Shown here: positions 38,681 to 52,300 of the stretch, one piece after another
How the letters are laid out: every line of letters begins with the position of its first letter
Position numbering within the stretch: position 1 is the stretch's first letter
NCBI GenBank assembly: GCA_002269645.1
Contig: NIVC01001458.1
Span: forward strand, 62,001 to 126,000
DNA: 64,000 bases
Reading direction: 5' to 3'
DNA from: Macrostomum lignano
Taxonomy: Eukaryota
Made by a program: the position numbers and the translations under genes
The notes under the pieces: generated by a model
Told to the model about the DNA's origin: nothing
The model's input: only the letters and a program-made list of their open reading frames with translations
The model's database searches: none

Positions 38681-39619
38681 GCTTTTTAACGTTACCTTTA
38701 CTCTCCGCTTTCGATTTAACAGTCTCTCTATATTTGTCTCTCGTCCCGCCCGATATACTAAACAAAGACTGACTGATTGAAAATGGAAACCAGAATGCCC
38801 CAGCGCCACCGGAACCTCCTTGACTAGCGCTTGAGACTAGGCAATGGCAGGCAAAGAGCTCGAAAAAAAGAACAAGAGAACAAGCAGGCCACCAATGAGA
38901 CTAAGCCCAGATTGGCAGATAACCATGCTTCGATAATAATAAAAAAGCGTTGCGACCAAAAAATGCAACCATTTAAAAGATGATCTAATAGTTTGTTTTC
39001 GGTGATGATTCGTTAATTTTCAAGCAATTCAATGCAACTTTTGATTTTATCAGTGATTGGCCAATAAGAAATTCACTGCAAAGAGGGCGTCGTGCGTTCG
39101 TCGCGTTCTACTTCAGCTTATTTCTATCGTGCAAAGAAAGTTAACCTGCATCATCATTAATCCTGCCTGCTGTCAGAGTCTTAAGAGAGTTGCGATGGCA
39201 GAACAAAAATACTTGCATCATAGGATAAGCAGTGAGGGAGCTAAGACTACACAAAGGCTCCATCACTCTTTGATTGGACTCACAGAAGAATTCCAGCGAC
39301 GGCTGTACGCGGAGACTCAAAAACAAGCGTCGGAGGGTTAATTAAAGATTCAATTTTTTTCAGTTAAAAGCGGCAGCAGTAGCGTGAAGATACGTCAAAG
39401 GAGGTTGGAATCAACACGACGCATTTTCCTCGTTAAAGAAAGCCGAAAGGGCCCGTGTAGCCGCTCCATTATCTCATTAGTCTTTAATCCTGATGCTTTC
39501 ATTTCTTCATCTCGATTTCATGAAGAGACCGTTTTTTTCTCTGTGAACGTTATCCCTCTTCGTCTAATTGAATATCCCAATCACCTTGATGACCCCTTCA
39601 TGCGCGAACACTAGTGGGA

Positions 39620-39830
39620 GTGGTCAGAGCGTCAGACTCACGACTTGAAGGTCGGGGGTTCGATTGCCGATCCCGCTGGAACAATCTGTGTCCTTGAGCA
39701 AGACAATTAACTCTGCATTGCTTCAGTTCACCCAGCTGTAAAATGGGTGCCAGCTGGGGTAATTGAAAGGGTTGTGCGTGGCGACCCCCCAGTCCTTGGA
39801 CTGAACAGCCGTACGCAGTCTTCAGATGCG
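39620..39830 (+). mobile_element. tRNA-derived CORE-type SINE, copy 1
   Basis: tRNA-like head with B-box GGTTCGATT, followed by TGTGTCCTTGAGCAAGACA..CCCAGCTGTAAAATGGGTGCC. Homologous to 53137-53362. Confidence 0.7.
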
Positions 39831-40689
39831 CCACGCACATCTGCCCAGGTAGGGCAGGTATAAAAAAATCCTACCGAAGTTCACAGGCCTTACAGTTTCC
39901 TGGAACCTGCGGCGTCGCTAAAAAATAATCCACCATCTACCAAATAAGCCTTCTACCGAATTCACCAATCTACCCAATGTATCTGTCATTTCTCTAAAAG
40001 TTAAGCTAAAAAACATCACCGAAAATTCACTCCCACAGAGTTAGACAAATTTCGTGCTTCGGATGCTCTGTCTGAGTAGCAGGATTAGTTTAACGCAGTT
40101 ATACACCTGCTTCATCACGCGACTAGTCGGCATATAATCAAGGCTGCAAATAACTTTGTCGGTAACAGAAGCACTTACTAGGCTATAGCAAACACAGGGC
40201 ACTGATACTAGGCATTGGTCTCGCTCTGCATGTTAACTCGGCGGCAGGGTTAATTTGATTGCTTGCAGCATCGACAGCCCCACCATGGCCCTCAGAGCCT
40301 AATCTCTCGTTGGTTTATCCGTCGAAGACGCCACAGATTGGGGCTGTGCAGCGCCAGAGACTCATGAAAACAGCAGGAAGGGAGAAAAACTTTAATAACT
40401 TTGCATCAGGCGTCACATCTAACTCGGCCCAGGACGACATGGAATTATGACTCTTTTATCGGGAGCAGCCGCCAGCTAGCTGGAAACTGGGCCAAGCAAA
40501 GGGAAGGCTCAATTACGAGAAACGGCTCGTAAAAGAGGCGCAAGAAATGCCGAGCAATTCTTAAGCAAAACCGGTGGAGCTCAGTAAAATAATTGTGAGA
40601 ACTATATTAGCTGCTCCTGAAAGTTCTCGATAAGATAGGTAGATAAATACCATGGTAAATATATCTAGATACGAGCCAAGATGTAGACT

Positions 40690-40877
40690 TGATAGATTGA
40701 TACAAGACGGATAGATAAACAGATAGATAGATAGACAGACAGACAGACAAATAGACAGACAGACAGACGGACAGACAGACAGGCCGACAGACAGACAGAC
40801 AGTGGCAGACAGACAGATAGATAGATAGATAGATAGATAGATAAGATAGATAGATAGATGATAGATGATAGATAGAC

Positions 40878-40934
<57 letters not shown>

Positions 40935-40940
40935 AAGATA
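40690..40940. repeat. Compound (GATA)n/(GACA)n microsatellite
   Basis: Seen directly. Confidence 0.95.
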
Positions 40941-43351
40941 CTGAAGTAGATAAGCAGACAAGAGCAGCAATACACACGGGATACTGGAGCAGAAGCTCAA
41001 GCTGAGTGTGGAACTGGGCCCTTAATATCCAGCTGGCATGCAAATAACCGAGCCGTTTCTCAAGAAGCGATCAGATGCGCTTCGATTCATGCGAGGCGGG
41101 CACGCAGAGCGTAGCAAAAATGGAGACTCGGGAGAGACGGAGAAGCTAAAATAAGTTTCTACTACTTGAATCAAGAAGACAGACGATTGAGAAGAATGAG
41201 AATCTGAATGTTTATCAACGCATACAGCCAGTTGGCACAGTAATACAGGAAGCATTGCTTAAATATCTGGGAAACCATGAAAGGAACGCCACCCTAGTTG
41301 TGAGAGGTGGGGTCAAATAGTATCGATAATAATGAAGTGACTTAAAAAATGAAGCGTGCCCACATAGGATTAACAAGCAAATATGGTACTGTTCAGTTCT
41401 AGCGGGTAAACGGCAGGAGTAACTCCTCACTAATTAGATTCCTCGTCATCTAATTAGTTATCTGTAAAATGCCTAAGAAATCTCCATCAATTTGAAGGTT
41501 TTACAAACCATAGCTTTTACGCCTAAAATGGTACTGGCATCCAGTTTTATGAATTATAAACTTCACAAACCCTAAACTTTAGAAACCTTCAACTTCAAAC
41601 TAACCCTCAAACACAAACCCTAAACTTCATCACAAACCCTAAGCTTCATCACAAACCCTAAACTTCATAAATTGTAAACTGTGAGACTGAATTTAGCCTA
41701 AAAAGATAAATATAAAAATCGAAAGCTGAAAAACAAATGTTGTTAAGTCACGAATAGGTCAAACAACACAAATAATTAACTATATGATATGGGATCAGTA
41801 ATATATGCTTATATATTTATTTACAGAACATAATTTATTTACACTTTGCTGCTCAAACGCTAACACACTTCGCCATGACTAGATCAGAAAACATGCATAA
41901 TCAGATTTCTAATATGATGACCAAACACAGCTGAAAAAGCTGTTTTTAAGATTCAAATTATTGAGTTTCACTCCAATTGTAAGGCTAAAATGAAAATATA
42001 ATAATTGTTTTATCAATAAGAGTCGCAATTCATAGTGAAATATGAAAAATGGAGGCAAATTTTAAAACACAAACCCGACAGACGCCAGAGCGGCACTGCA
42101 AGTATTAATAGATTTTTGTTGAGATGCATCCAATTTCTTGTTCGTTCGGCGGGAGAGACTGACATGGCTGAGACTGGATCGACAGGTGTTTTAACCCCGA
42201 TAAAAATGATTGTCTGAGACTCAACACTGGCAAAGATTTTTAACTCATTTATTGTCCATAAAATTATTGTTACAGGGTAATGAACATTGCAAGTAATGAG
42301 TACAAAACAATACAAAAGGTTTAATAGTAATAATAATTATAATACAATAAAATATAAACTGTGTACTTCGAAAAGCGTGCAAGCAAAATTAACAGTAGGA
42401 GTACTTTAAGATTTTTTGCAGGGGGCGGCTAGCCCCCTTTTAATTTAAGATATCTTAAAAATACGAGGGCTGTCCCAACAGTGTTACTCTTCATTATATC
42501 TCTCGTTCCCATGATCCAAATAACATCATTTTGCACAAATTTATAGCGGCAATATTCCTCTTCATATTAATTTTAACATCTTCAAAAACAGACAATGGGG
42601 GTTGTCTGGAAGTGAGAATTCATGGTAATAGCCATAGACACGAGCGGCGATAGCCACGATTGTCAATTTGGCCATTACCATGTTTTTTCACTTCCAGCTA
42701 ACTTCATTGGTGAATTACCATAGCCCCCCACTTACTACCATAGACTATTTTATCTTACGCTCATAGACTCGTTCGTTTTCTAAAATGATTATCCCGCTAA
42801 ATTGCTTTATTGTCAATTTCAAACAAATGACCGGTCATTTCTTGAATGTCATTGCCTTAACGTAAATTACCATAGACATTTTGAACAATGGAAACAAAAG
42901 TTTATGAGCAAAAATTTAGCAGGAGTTCGACCACAGGCAAACAAATAACAAATAACTTTTGTTCCGATTGTCTGTGTTTGAAGATGTTAAAGTTAGTATG
43001 AAGAAGAGAATTGCCGCTATATATTTGTGCGCCCAAAAGTATGAATTATTTCTTTGCTCGTTAATCCTACTGTTAATAACAATAACAAGCCAGTTAATTA
43101 TGTCAAGCTTCAATGCAACAAGAATCTGCGTATTTTGTAAATAAAAATATACAAATATAAACGCACGATATGAGCTGTACACAGCTGCCTCAGCTCTGCA
43201 AGTTAAAAAATTAGAATACTATATATGCAGAGTTCTTATAGCTAGCAAATTACACGCGCACAAACTGTGTGATAGCTCTGATCTGTACCAATTTATATCT
43301 GATCCATTATGTACATTATGTATGTATATGTAAGCAACTGACTAGCAAGAA

Positions 43352-46300
43352 TCAATCGTAGCCACTTTGCTGACTTGGCGGCGCAGCCTGGCCCATTAGC
43401 ATGGCTCCCATTGGCAAACAGGAGAATAACGAAGCTGCCGTAGGTTGAATCATGCCGCCGCCGCTGCCGCTAGCAACAGCACCGGATGCGCTGCCGTAAC
43501 TTGCAGTAGCACCCATTGATGCCGGCTGGGCGCTTAAATCTGGCATCGGACCTTCCAGCCACTGCAACACGATTTTTATAGATACTAAGATTTTCTCATT
43601 AAAACTTTGCATAGCCATATTCGCTGCTTGGCTACTCATAGTAGGCTAAATGAATGTAAACAATGAAGTTAAGATGAAATAAGAAAATTTTCGATAGTCA
43701 AGATTGAGAGACAGTCATTCTGTTTTAGAAAATAGATAGAAGTAGTAGAACTATACTTTCAGAATACTTCCGGTTTTCACACTGAAAGGTCCTACTTCCG
43801 GTTGTCAGAAGGAAGGCCCTACTTCCGGTTGTCAGACCGAAAAGTCCTATTTCCGGTTGTAGAATGAAAGGCCCTATTTCCGGTCGTCACACTGAAAGGT
43901 CCTATTTCCGGTTGTCACACCGAAAGGTCCTACGCCGGTTATCAGACTGAAAGGTGCTACTTTCGGTTGTCAGACTGAAAGGCCCTACTTCCGGTTGTCA
44001 CACTGAAAGGTCCTGCTTCTGGTTGTCACATTGAAAGGTGTTACTCCCGGTTGTTAAAATGAAAGCCCCTAATTCTAGTTGTCACACCAAAAGGTGCTAC
44101 TTCCGGTTGTTAAAATGAGATGCCCTACTTCCAGTTGTTAGAATGATAGGCTCTACTTCCGGTTGTCAGACCGAAAGGCCCCACTTCCGTTTGTCAGACC
44201 GAAAGGCCGTATTTCTGGTTGTCAGACTGAAAGGCTCCACTTCAGGTTATCAGACAGAAAGGCCCCGCTTCCGGTTGTCAAAATGAAAGGCCCCACTTCC
44301 GGTTGTCAGACTGAAAGGCCCTACTTCTGATTGTCAGACTGAAAGGTCCTACTTCCGGTTGTCACACTGAAAGGTCCTACTTTTGGTTGCCATACTGAAA
44401 GGTCATACTTCCGGTTGTCACACTGTAAGGTGCTACTTCCGGTTGTCAGACTGAAAGGTTCTACTTCCGGTCGTAAGTCTAAAAGGTGTTTCCGGTTGTC
44501 ACACTGAAAGGCTCTACTACTGGTTGTCAAATTCGGGGACCCTACTATTGTTCTGCAGATAGTAAATAAATTAAAAACATGCACTCACGTAAACAAGTTG
44601 ATGCTCAGGCTGGGCGGTGGCCATCTCAATGCTGACCTGATACTTGTGCAACAGTGCTGAGCACTGCTGAGCGCAGCTGGCCTCCAGCACAGAGTTACCC
44701 TCGGCTCTGTACAAATCGCGCATCAATGTGCTGGCCCACAATTGAACAGCTTCGTCGGGCATTTGATCGGCAAGCTGCACTGCCGTGTCGACTACATTTT
44801 TAACCTCATCGTATTGGCCAGTGGCAAAGTGAATCTGGCCGAGAACAATTAGCGAACAGGTGAGCATGCGTTTCAGGTTCTCCATGTTGGCCAATTTCAA
44901 GCACTCGCGGATGTACACTCTGCAAGTCGATTTCGGGTGGTGCTTTTCTAGCTAGGTCTTTGTAGTTAAATTATACAAATTATATTAAAGGAGAGAATTG
45001 AAGCACGAAGATCTTGGAGGCTGGCCCAGCAACTGAGGATCTGGGAAGATGGTGGTCAGCAACTGAGGATCTGGGAGGCTGGCCCAGCAACTGAGGATCT
45101 GGGAAGATGGTGGTCAGCAACTGAGGATCTGGGAGGCTGGCCCAGCAACTGAGGATCTGGGAGGCTGGCCCAGCAATTGAGGATCTGGGAGGCTGGCCCA
45201 GCAACTGAGGATCTGGGAGGCTGGCCCAGCAACTGAGGATCTGGGAGGCTGGCCCAGCAACTGACACTCTGGGAGGCTGGCCCAGCAACTGAGGATCTGG
45301 GAGGCTGGCCCAGCAACTGAGGATCTGGGAGGCTGGCCCAGCAACTGAGGATCTGGGAGGCTGGCCCAGCAACTGAGGATCTGGGAGGCTGGCCCAGCAA
45401 CTGACACTCTGGGAGGCTGGCCCAGCAACTGAGGATCTGGGAGGCTGGCCCAGCAACTGACACTCTGGGAGGCTGGCCCAGCAACTGAGGATCTGGGAGG
45501 CTGGCCCAGCAACTGACACTCTGGGAGGCTGGCCCAGCAACTGAGGATCTGGGAGGCTGGCCCAGCAACTGAGGATCTGGGAGGCTGGCCCAGCAACTGA
45601 GGATCTGGGAGGCTGGCCCAGCAACTGAGGATCTGGGAGGCTGGCCCAGCAACTGAGGATCTGGGAGGCTGGCCCAGCAACTGAGGATCTGGGAGGCTGG
45701 CCCAGCAACTGAGGATCTGGGAGGCTGGCCCAGCAACTGAGGATCTGGGAGGCTGGCCCAGCAACTGAGGATCTTGGAGGCTGACCCAGCAACTGAGGAT
45801 CTGGGAAGATGGTGGTCAGCAACTGAGGATCTGGGAAGATGGTGGTCAGCAACTGAGGATCTGGGAGGCTGGCCCAGCAACTGACACTCTGGGAGGTGGC
45901 ACAGCAACTGAGAATCTGGGAAGAAAGAGGCTTGGCCGAACTCACTTGGCCTGGCCGAAGTCGCCCAGCATAAAGGCCAGCAGGCCCCGAACCCAGTGCC
46001 CGGCAGCCCTGAGTCCGTGCGGCGGATCCGGGTGCCGGAATTCGTCCAGCACGGATCGGCAATCGTTCAATCGATTCTGCCTGAGCATGAGCAGGGCCAG
46101 GTTTAGTTGAACCAGGTGCAACAGATCTGAGCGAGGCCGCTCGGCCAGGGCCCGCCTGAACTGGCTCTCAGCGGCACCGAGGCAGTTGGTGCACATGCTG
46201 TACAGGGCTAGCATGGAGCGCGTGTGCGCCGCACGACCGCGCACCGGACACAACTCGGACAGCCGGACACAAGCGGCCAGATCGGATAGGGCACCCGGAC

Positions 46301-49300
46301 GGTCGCCAGACACTAATCGGCATTGGAACAGTTGCTCCTGGTTGATGCGTGGTGGGGGGAGCATCCGGATTGTGAATTAATGATAGGGATCAGTCTAATG
46401 ACTGTCAAAGGCCATTCTAGTGACTGTCAAAGTGCAATTTTAATGACTGTCAAAGGCCATTCTAGTGACTGTCAAAGTGCAATTTTAATGACTGTCAAAG
46501 GCCATTCTAGTGACTGTCAAAGTGCAATTTTAATGACTGTCAAAGGCCATTCTAGTGACTGTCAAAGTGCAATTTTAATGACTGTCAGAGGCAATTCTAG
46601 TGACTGTCAAAGTGCAATTTTAATGACTGTCAAAGGCAATTCTAATGACTGTCAAAGGCCATTCTACTGACTGTCAAAGTGCAATTTTAGTGATTGTCAA
46701 ATTGCAATTCTAATGATTGTCAAAGGCTATTCTAATGACTGTCAAAGTGCAATTCTAATGATTGTCAAAGGCCATTCTAATGACTGTCAAAGTGCAATTC
46801 TAAAGACTGTCAAAGGCCATCATTCTAATGACTGTCAAAGGCAATCCTAATGACTGTCAAAGGCAATTCTACTGACTGTCAAAAGCCATCATTCTAATGA
46901 CTGTCAACGACGATTTTAATGACTGTCAGAGGCAATTCTAGTGACTGTCAAAGTGCAATTTTAATGACTGTCAAAGGCCATTCTAGTGACTGTCAAAGTG
47001 CAATTTTAATGACTGTCAAAGGCAATTCTAATGACTGTCAAAGGCCATTCTACTGACTGTCAAAGTGCAATTTTAGTGATTGTCAAAGTGCAATTCTAAT
47101 GATTGTCAAAGGCTATTCTAATGACTGTCAAAGTGCAATTCTAATGATTGTCAAAGGCCATTCTAATGACTGTCAAAGTGCAATTCTAAAGACTGTCAAA
47201 GGCCATCATTCTAATGACTGTCAAAGGCAATCCTAATGACTGTCAAAGGCAATTCTACTGACTGTCAAAAGCCATCATTCTAATGACTGTCAACGACGAT
47301 TTTAATGACTGTCAGAGGCAATTCTAATGACTGTCAATGACGATTCTAATGACTGTCAAAGGCCATTCTAATGACTGTCAAAGGCCATTCTAATAACTGT
47401 CAAAGGCCATTCTAATAACTGTCAAAGGCCATTCTAATGACTGTCAAAGGCCATTCGAATGACTGTCAAAGGCCATTCTAATGACTGTCAAAGGCCATTC
47501 TAATGACTGTCAAAGGCGATTCTAATGACTGTCAAAGACGATTCTAATGACTGTCAAAGACGATTCTAATTACTGTCAAAGGCCATTCTAATGACTGTCA
47601 AAGGCCATTCTAATGACTGTCAAAGGCGATTCTAATGACTGTCAAAGACGATTCTAATTACTGTCAAAGGCCATTCTAATGACTGTCAAAGGCCATTCTA
47701 ATGACTGTCAAAGGCTATTCTAATGACTGTCAAAGGCGATTCTAATGACTGTCAAAGACGATTCTAATTACTGTCAAAGGCCATTCTAATGACTGTCAAA
47801 GGCCATTCTAATGACTGTCAAAGACGATTCTAATTACTGTCAAAGGCCATTCTAATGACTGTCAATTGCCATTCTAATGACTGTCAAACGGAGATTCTAA
47901 GGGAAAAGCTAGTCACATTTTAGATAATAGGGGGCAGCTCACCTGAATGCACAGCTGCAGCGCTAGAAATAGTCTGTTACTAATATTATTATTCAGACTG
48001 GTAGTTGCGCCTCCAGTTCCGTCTGAAACTGCGCGCAGCTTCTCAAGCTGCATCAGGGCTTTGTCAGCGTAGCGTCGAACCTGCGTTGAGAAAAGCGCAA
48101 GCACGTGGGTTGAGAAACAGTTTAATACCATGTAGTTTGATTCTTTCAAAAATAAAATTTTAATCCAGGTCAACTGACTACAATGCTTTAAGTTAAGTAG
48201 AGTTAGTAGCGGTTAGTACACAGATGACCCAGAGGGGCGGATCATGACGGTCAAGACCCAGGGGGGAGCCTGACGGTCAAGACCCAGGGGAGGGATCCTG
48301 ACGGTCAAGACCCAGGGGAGGGAGCCTGACAGTCAAGACCCAGGGGAGGGAGCCTGACAGTCAAGACCCAGGGGAGGGAGCCTGACAGTCAAGACTCAGG
48401 GGAGGGAGCCTGACAGTCAAGACCCAGGGGAGGGAGCCTGACAGTCAAGACCCAGGGGAGGGAGCCTGACAGTCAAGACCCAGGGGAGGGAGCCTGACAG
48501 TCAAGACTCAGGGGAGGGAGCCTGACAGTCAAGACCCAGGGGAGGGAGCCTGACAGTCAAGACCCAGGGGAGGGAGCCTGACAGTCAAGACCCAGGGGAG
48601 GGAGCCTGACAGTCAAGACTCAGGGTAGGGAGCCTGACAGTCAAGACCCAGGGGAGGGAGCCTGACAGTCAAGACTCAGGGGAGGGAGCCTGACAGTCAA
48701 GACCCAGGGGAGGGAGCCTGACGGTCAAGACTCAGGGGAGGGAGCCTGACAGTCAAGACTCAGGGGAGGGAGCCTGACGGTCAAGACCCAGGGGGCGGAT
48801 CCTGACGGTCAAGGGCAAAAGGGGGACAAGGGGTCAAGAAACAGAGGGGGACAAGGGGTCAAGAAACAGAGGGGGACAAGGGGTCAAAAAAAAGAGGGGG
48901 ACAAGGGGTCAAAAAAAGAGGGGACAAGGGGTCAAGAAACAAAGGGGGACAAGGGGTCAAGAAACAGAGGGGGACAAGAGGTCAAGAAACAGAGGGGGAC
49001 AAGGGGTCAAGAAAAAGAGGGGGACAAGGGGTCAAGAAACAGAGGGGGACAAGGGTCAAGAAACAGAGGGGACAAGGGGTCAAGAAACAGAGGGGGGCAA
49101 GGGATCAAGAAACAGAGGGGGACAAGGGGTCAAGACCTAAAGAGGGGGGGGCAGATCCGAGGGCTCAAGACCTCAAAAAGATGATGTAAAACACCATACA
49201 CTTCCATCGCTAACCTTATCGTAAGTGGCCTCCTGCATGCAGTGGAGCAGAGTGAGCAGATAGGTGAGCACAGACAGCTGCTCCCTGCTAAGCCACTCCA

Positions 49301-52300
49301 GCTGGCCTAGAGCTTCCAGTTCTTCGGACAATTCCAAACCGGAAGACCCATCGGCCGCGGCGGAAACAGACGCGTAACCGGAAGTTGAAGCGGTCGACGA
49401 GCCGGAAGCGGCTGCGGCGACGGCAGCGGCCTCTTCTTGCATAGCCGAATAAGACTGCACAGAGCGTTGCAGCTGGCGCAGGATTGGGCGAGCCTGTTTG
49501 GCCTGGCCAGCCACCAGACTGTTCAACACCTGGACAGGTGGTGGGCATTGTAAAACGTTAAAGAAACCCAGAATCACGCCAGTCTGAACTGGCACATCTC
49601 ACCTCGTTCAGATCCCATCTCAGAATCACGTCAGGCTAAACTGTCACATCTTACCTCGCTCAGATCCCATCTCAGAATCACGTCAGGCTGAGTTGGCACA
49701 TCTCACCTCGTTCAGATCCTATCTCAGAATCACGTCAGGCTAAACTGTCACATCTCACCTCGTTCAGATCCCATCTCAGAATCACGTCAGGCTAAACTGG
49801 CACATCTCACCTCGTTCAGATCCCATCTCAGAATCACGTCAGGCTAAACTGTCACATCTCACCTCGTTCAGATCCCATCTCAGAATCACGTCAGGCTAAA
49901 CTGTCACATCTCACCTCGTTCAGATCCCATCTCAGAATCACGTCAGGCTAAACTGTCACATTTTACCTCGCTCAGATCCCATCTCAGAATCACGTCAGGC
50001 TGAGCTGTCACATCTTACCTCGCTCAGATCCCATCTCAGAATCACGCCAGTCTGAACTGTCACATCTCATCTCGCTCAGATCCCATCTCAGAATAGAAAT
50101 CCCCACTTCCTAAATCCCTTAAACAGATCCCTATCCAAAACCCATAAACTCCATAAATCATTGAGACAGATGACAACTGAACGAAAGCAGAGAATACCAA
50201 TTAAACCCAACAGCTACCTTTACTACACACATATCGCACCTGAATGAGTAAAGAGAAAGTTCTCAACGCCTCCTGTCGTCGCGGATGCGGCATCTGGTCC
50301 ACCAGCTTGGAAGCCACAGTCAGGGTGTTGTGCACCTCGGCCAGCTGCCTGTTGGCTAGCAGCGGCACGCACTTGGCCAGCAGGAAGAGGCCCCTGGCGT
50401 ATTCGCTGCCGTGCTGTTGCGCGTATTGCGAACCGAGCGCCAATAGCTCGCAGGCCCGCGAGGAATCCGATGAGCTGAGGCACTGCGCCTGCTTGAGTAG
50501 GAAGCGGCCGTACCTGCGGTGGCAAATGCATTGGGATACAGTTAGAGTAGCCAGGATTGCGTATGCACCGACATTTAGTTGCTGTGACCATATATGCACT
50601 GACATTTAGTTGCTATGACCATCTATGCACTGACATTTAGTTGCTATGACCATCTATGCACTGACATTTAGTTGCTGTGACCATCTATGCACTGACATTT
50701 AGTTGCTGTGACCATCTATGCACTGATATTTAGTTGCTGTGACCATCTATGCACTGACATTTAGTTGCTATGACCATCTATGCACTGACATTTAGTTGCT
50801 GTGACCATCTATGCACTGACATTTAGTTGCTGTGACCATCTATGCACTGACATTTAGTTGCTATGACCATCTATGCACTGACATTTAGTTGCTGTGACCA
50901 TCTATGCACTGACATTTAGTTGCTGTGACCATCTATGCACTGACATTTAGTTGCTATGACCATCTATGCACTGACATTTAGTTGCTGTGACCATCTATGC
51001 ACTGACATTTAGTTGCTGTGACCATCTATGCACTGACATTTAGTTGCTATGACCATCTATGCACTGACATTTAGTTGCTGTGACCATCTATGCACTGACA
51101 TTTAGTTGCTGTGACCATCTATGCACTGACATTTAGTTGCTATGACCATCTATGCACTGACATTTAGTTGCTATGACTATATATGGACTGACATTTAGTT
51201 GCTGTGACCATCTATACACTGACATTTAGTTGCTGTGACCATCTATGCACTGACATTTAGTTGCTGTGACCATCTATGCACTGACATTTAGTTACTGTGA
51301 CCATCTATGCACTGACATTTAGTTAGTGAAATTTCACTGCTGAGACTGGAATGAGTATTAGCTGGCACTGAAACTTTTTGTTTCTTTTTGTAGTCTTTTA
51401 AGTGATATTAGGCGGAAAGAAACTGTCTACGGAGTGACTTGGCGAAAGCGGCTGTCTATGGAGTGACTTTTGGTGAAAGAGACCCAAAAATTTTATCAGT
51501 TATCACCTTAGCACAACACATCAAGGTCAAGTCACACTGAAACTCACCATTCAGGCAGGTGCTGGCTAAGTCTAGCAGCCTCTTCAAGCAGTTGCGGCAG
51601 TCGAAACGCCCCGCTAAGCTGCTCATTGCTTGAGTACAAATCCGACAGCAGATCAGCGGCGTGAAGGCAAGCGGCTAACAAGTCGGCTACGTCAGTTGAG
51701 CCAGTAGCAAAGAGAGAGCGCAGCTTCCAGGCGGCCTCCAGATGCTGGGCCGCCTTGTCCTGACAGGATCGGGCGGCGTGCTGCATCAGCAGGCGACCAA
51801 TCTGTAGGTTGGTCCTGTCAAGGTTGACCCGGGGGGATTGTGCACTAAATCAACTATCGGGATACGCGCTCATACACTCGCTCACACGAGAGAGCGACCC
51901 TGATAGCTTCCTAATCGTCAAGGCATGTACATTCTCTGCGTCTTGGGGTTGGCCCAAGGACAACTCAAAGAAGGACGGGAAACTGATCTTCTTAGAAAAA
52001 GCTAAGGAGCTGGTTTTCGCGGAAAAAAAGTATAAGGACGGGAAACTACGTTTCTTAGAAAAAGTAACGGAGGCTTGTTTGCGCGGAAAATAGTAGGACG
52101 ATAAACTACGTTTCTTAGAAAAAGTAACGGAGGCTGGTTTTCGCGGAAAATAGTAGGACGGGAAACTACGTTTCTTAGAAAAAGCTGAGGCTGGTTTTCG
52201 CGGAAAAAAGTAGGACGGGAAACTACGTTTCTTAGAAAAAGCTGAGACTGGTTTTCGCGGAAAAAATTAGGACGGGAAACTACGTTTCTTAGAAAAAGTA

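Noticed and set aside
37894-38809. Antisense and alternative-frame ORFs over the neuropeptide exon
   Set aside because: Shadows of the repetitive sense CDS, which has the signal peptide, cleavage and amidation logic.
41040-41160. KKRSDALRFMRGG as a second neuropeptide
   Set aside because: Single copy, no C-terminal dibasic site, an upstream in-frame stop and no signal-peptide exon found.
41560-41670. AAACCCT-containing 19-bp repeats as telomeric sequence
   Set aside because: Only about 4 degenerate units embedded in a longer unit; not a telomere tract.
44980-46062. 360, 283 and 216-aa ORFs
   Set aside because: 28-bp array within MAU2 intron 6, bounded by valid MAU2 splice sites.
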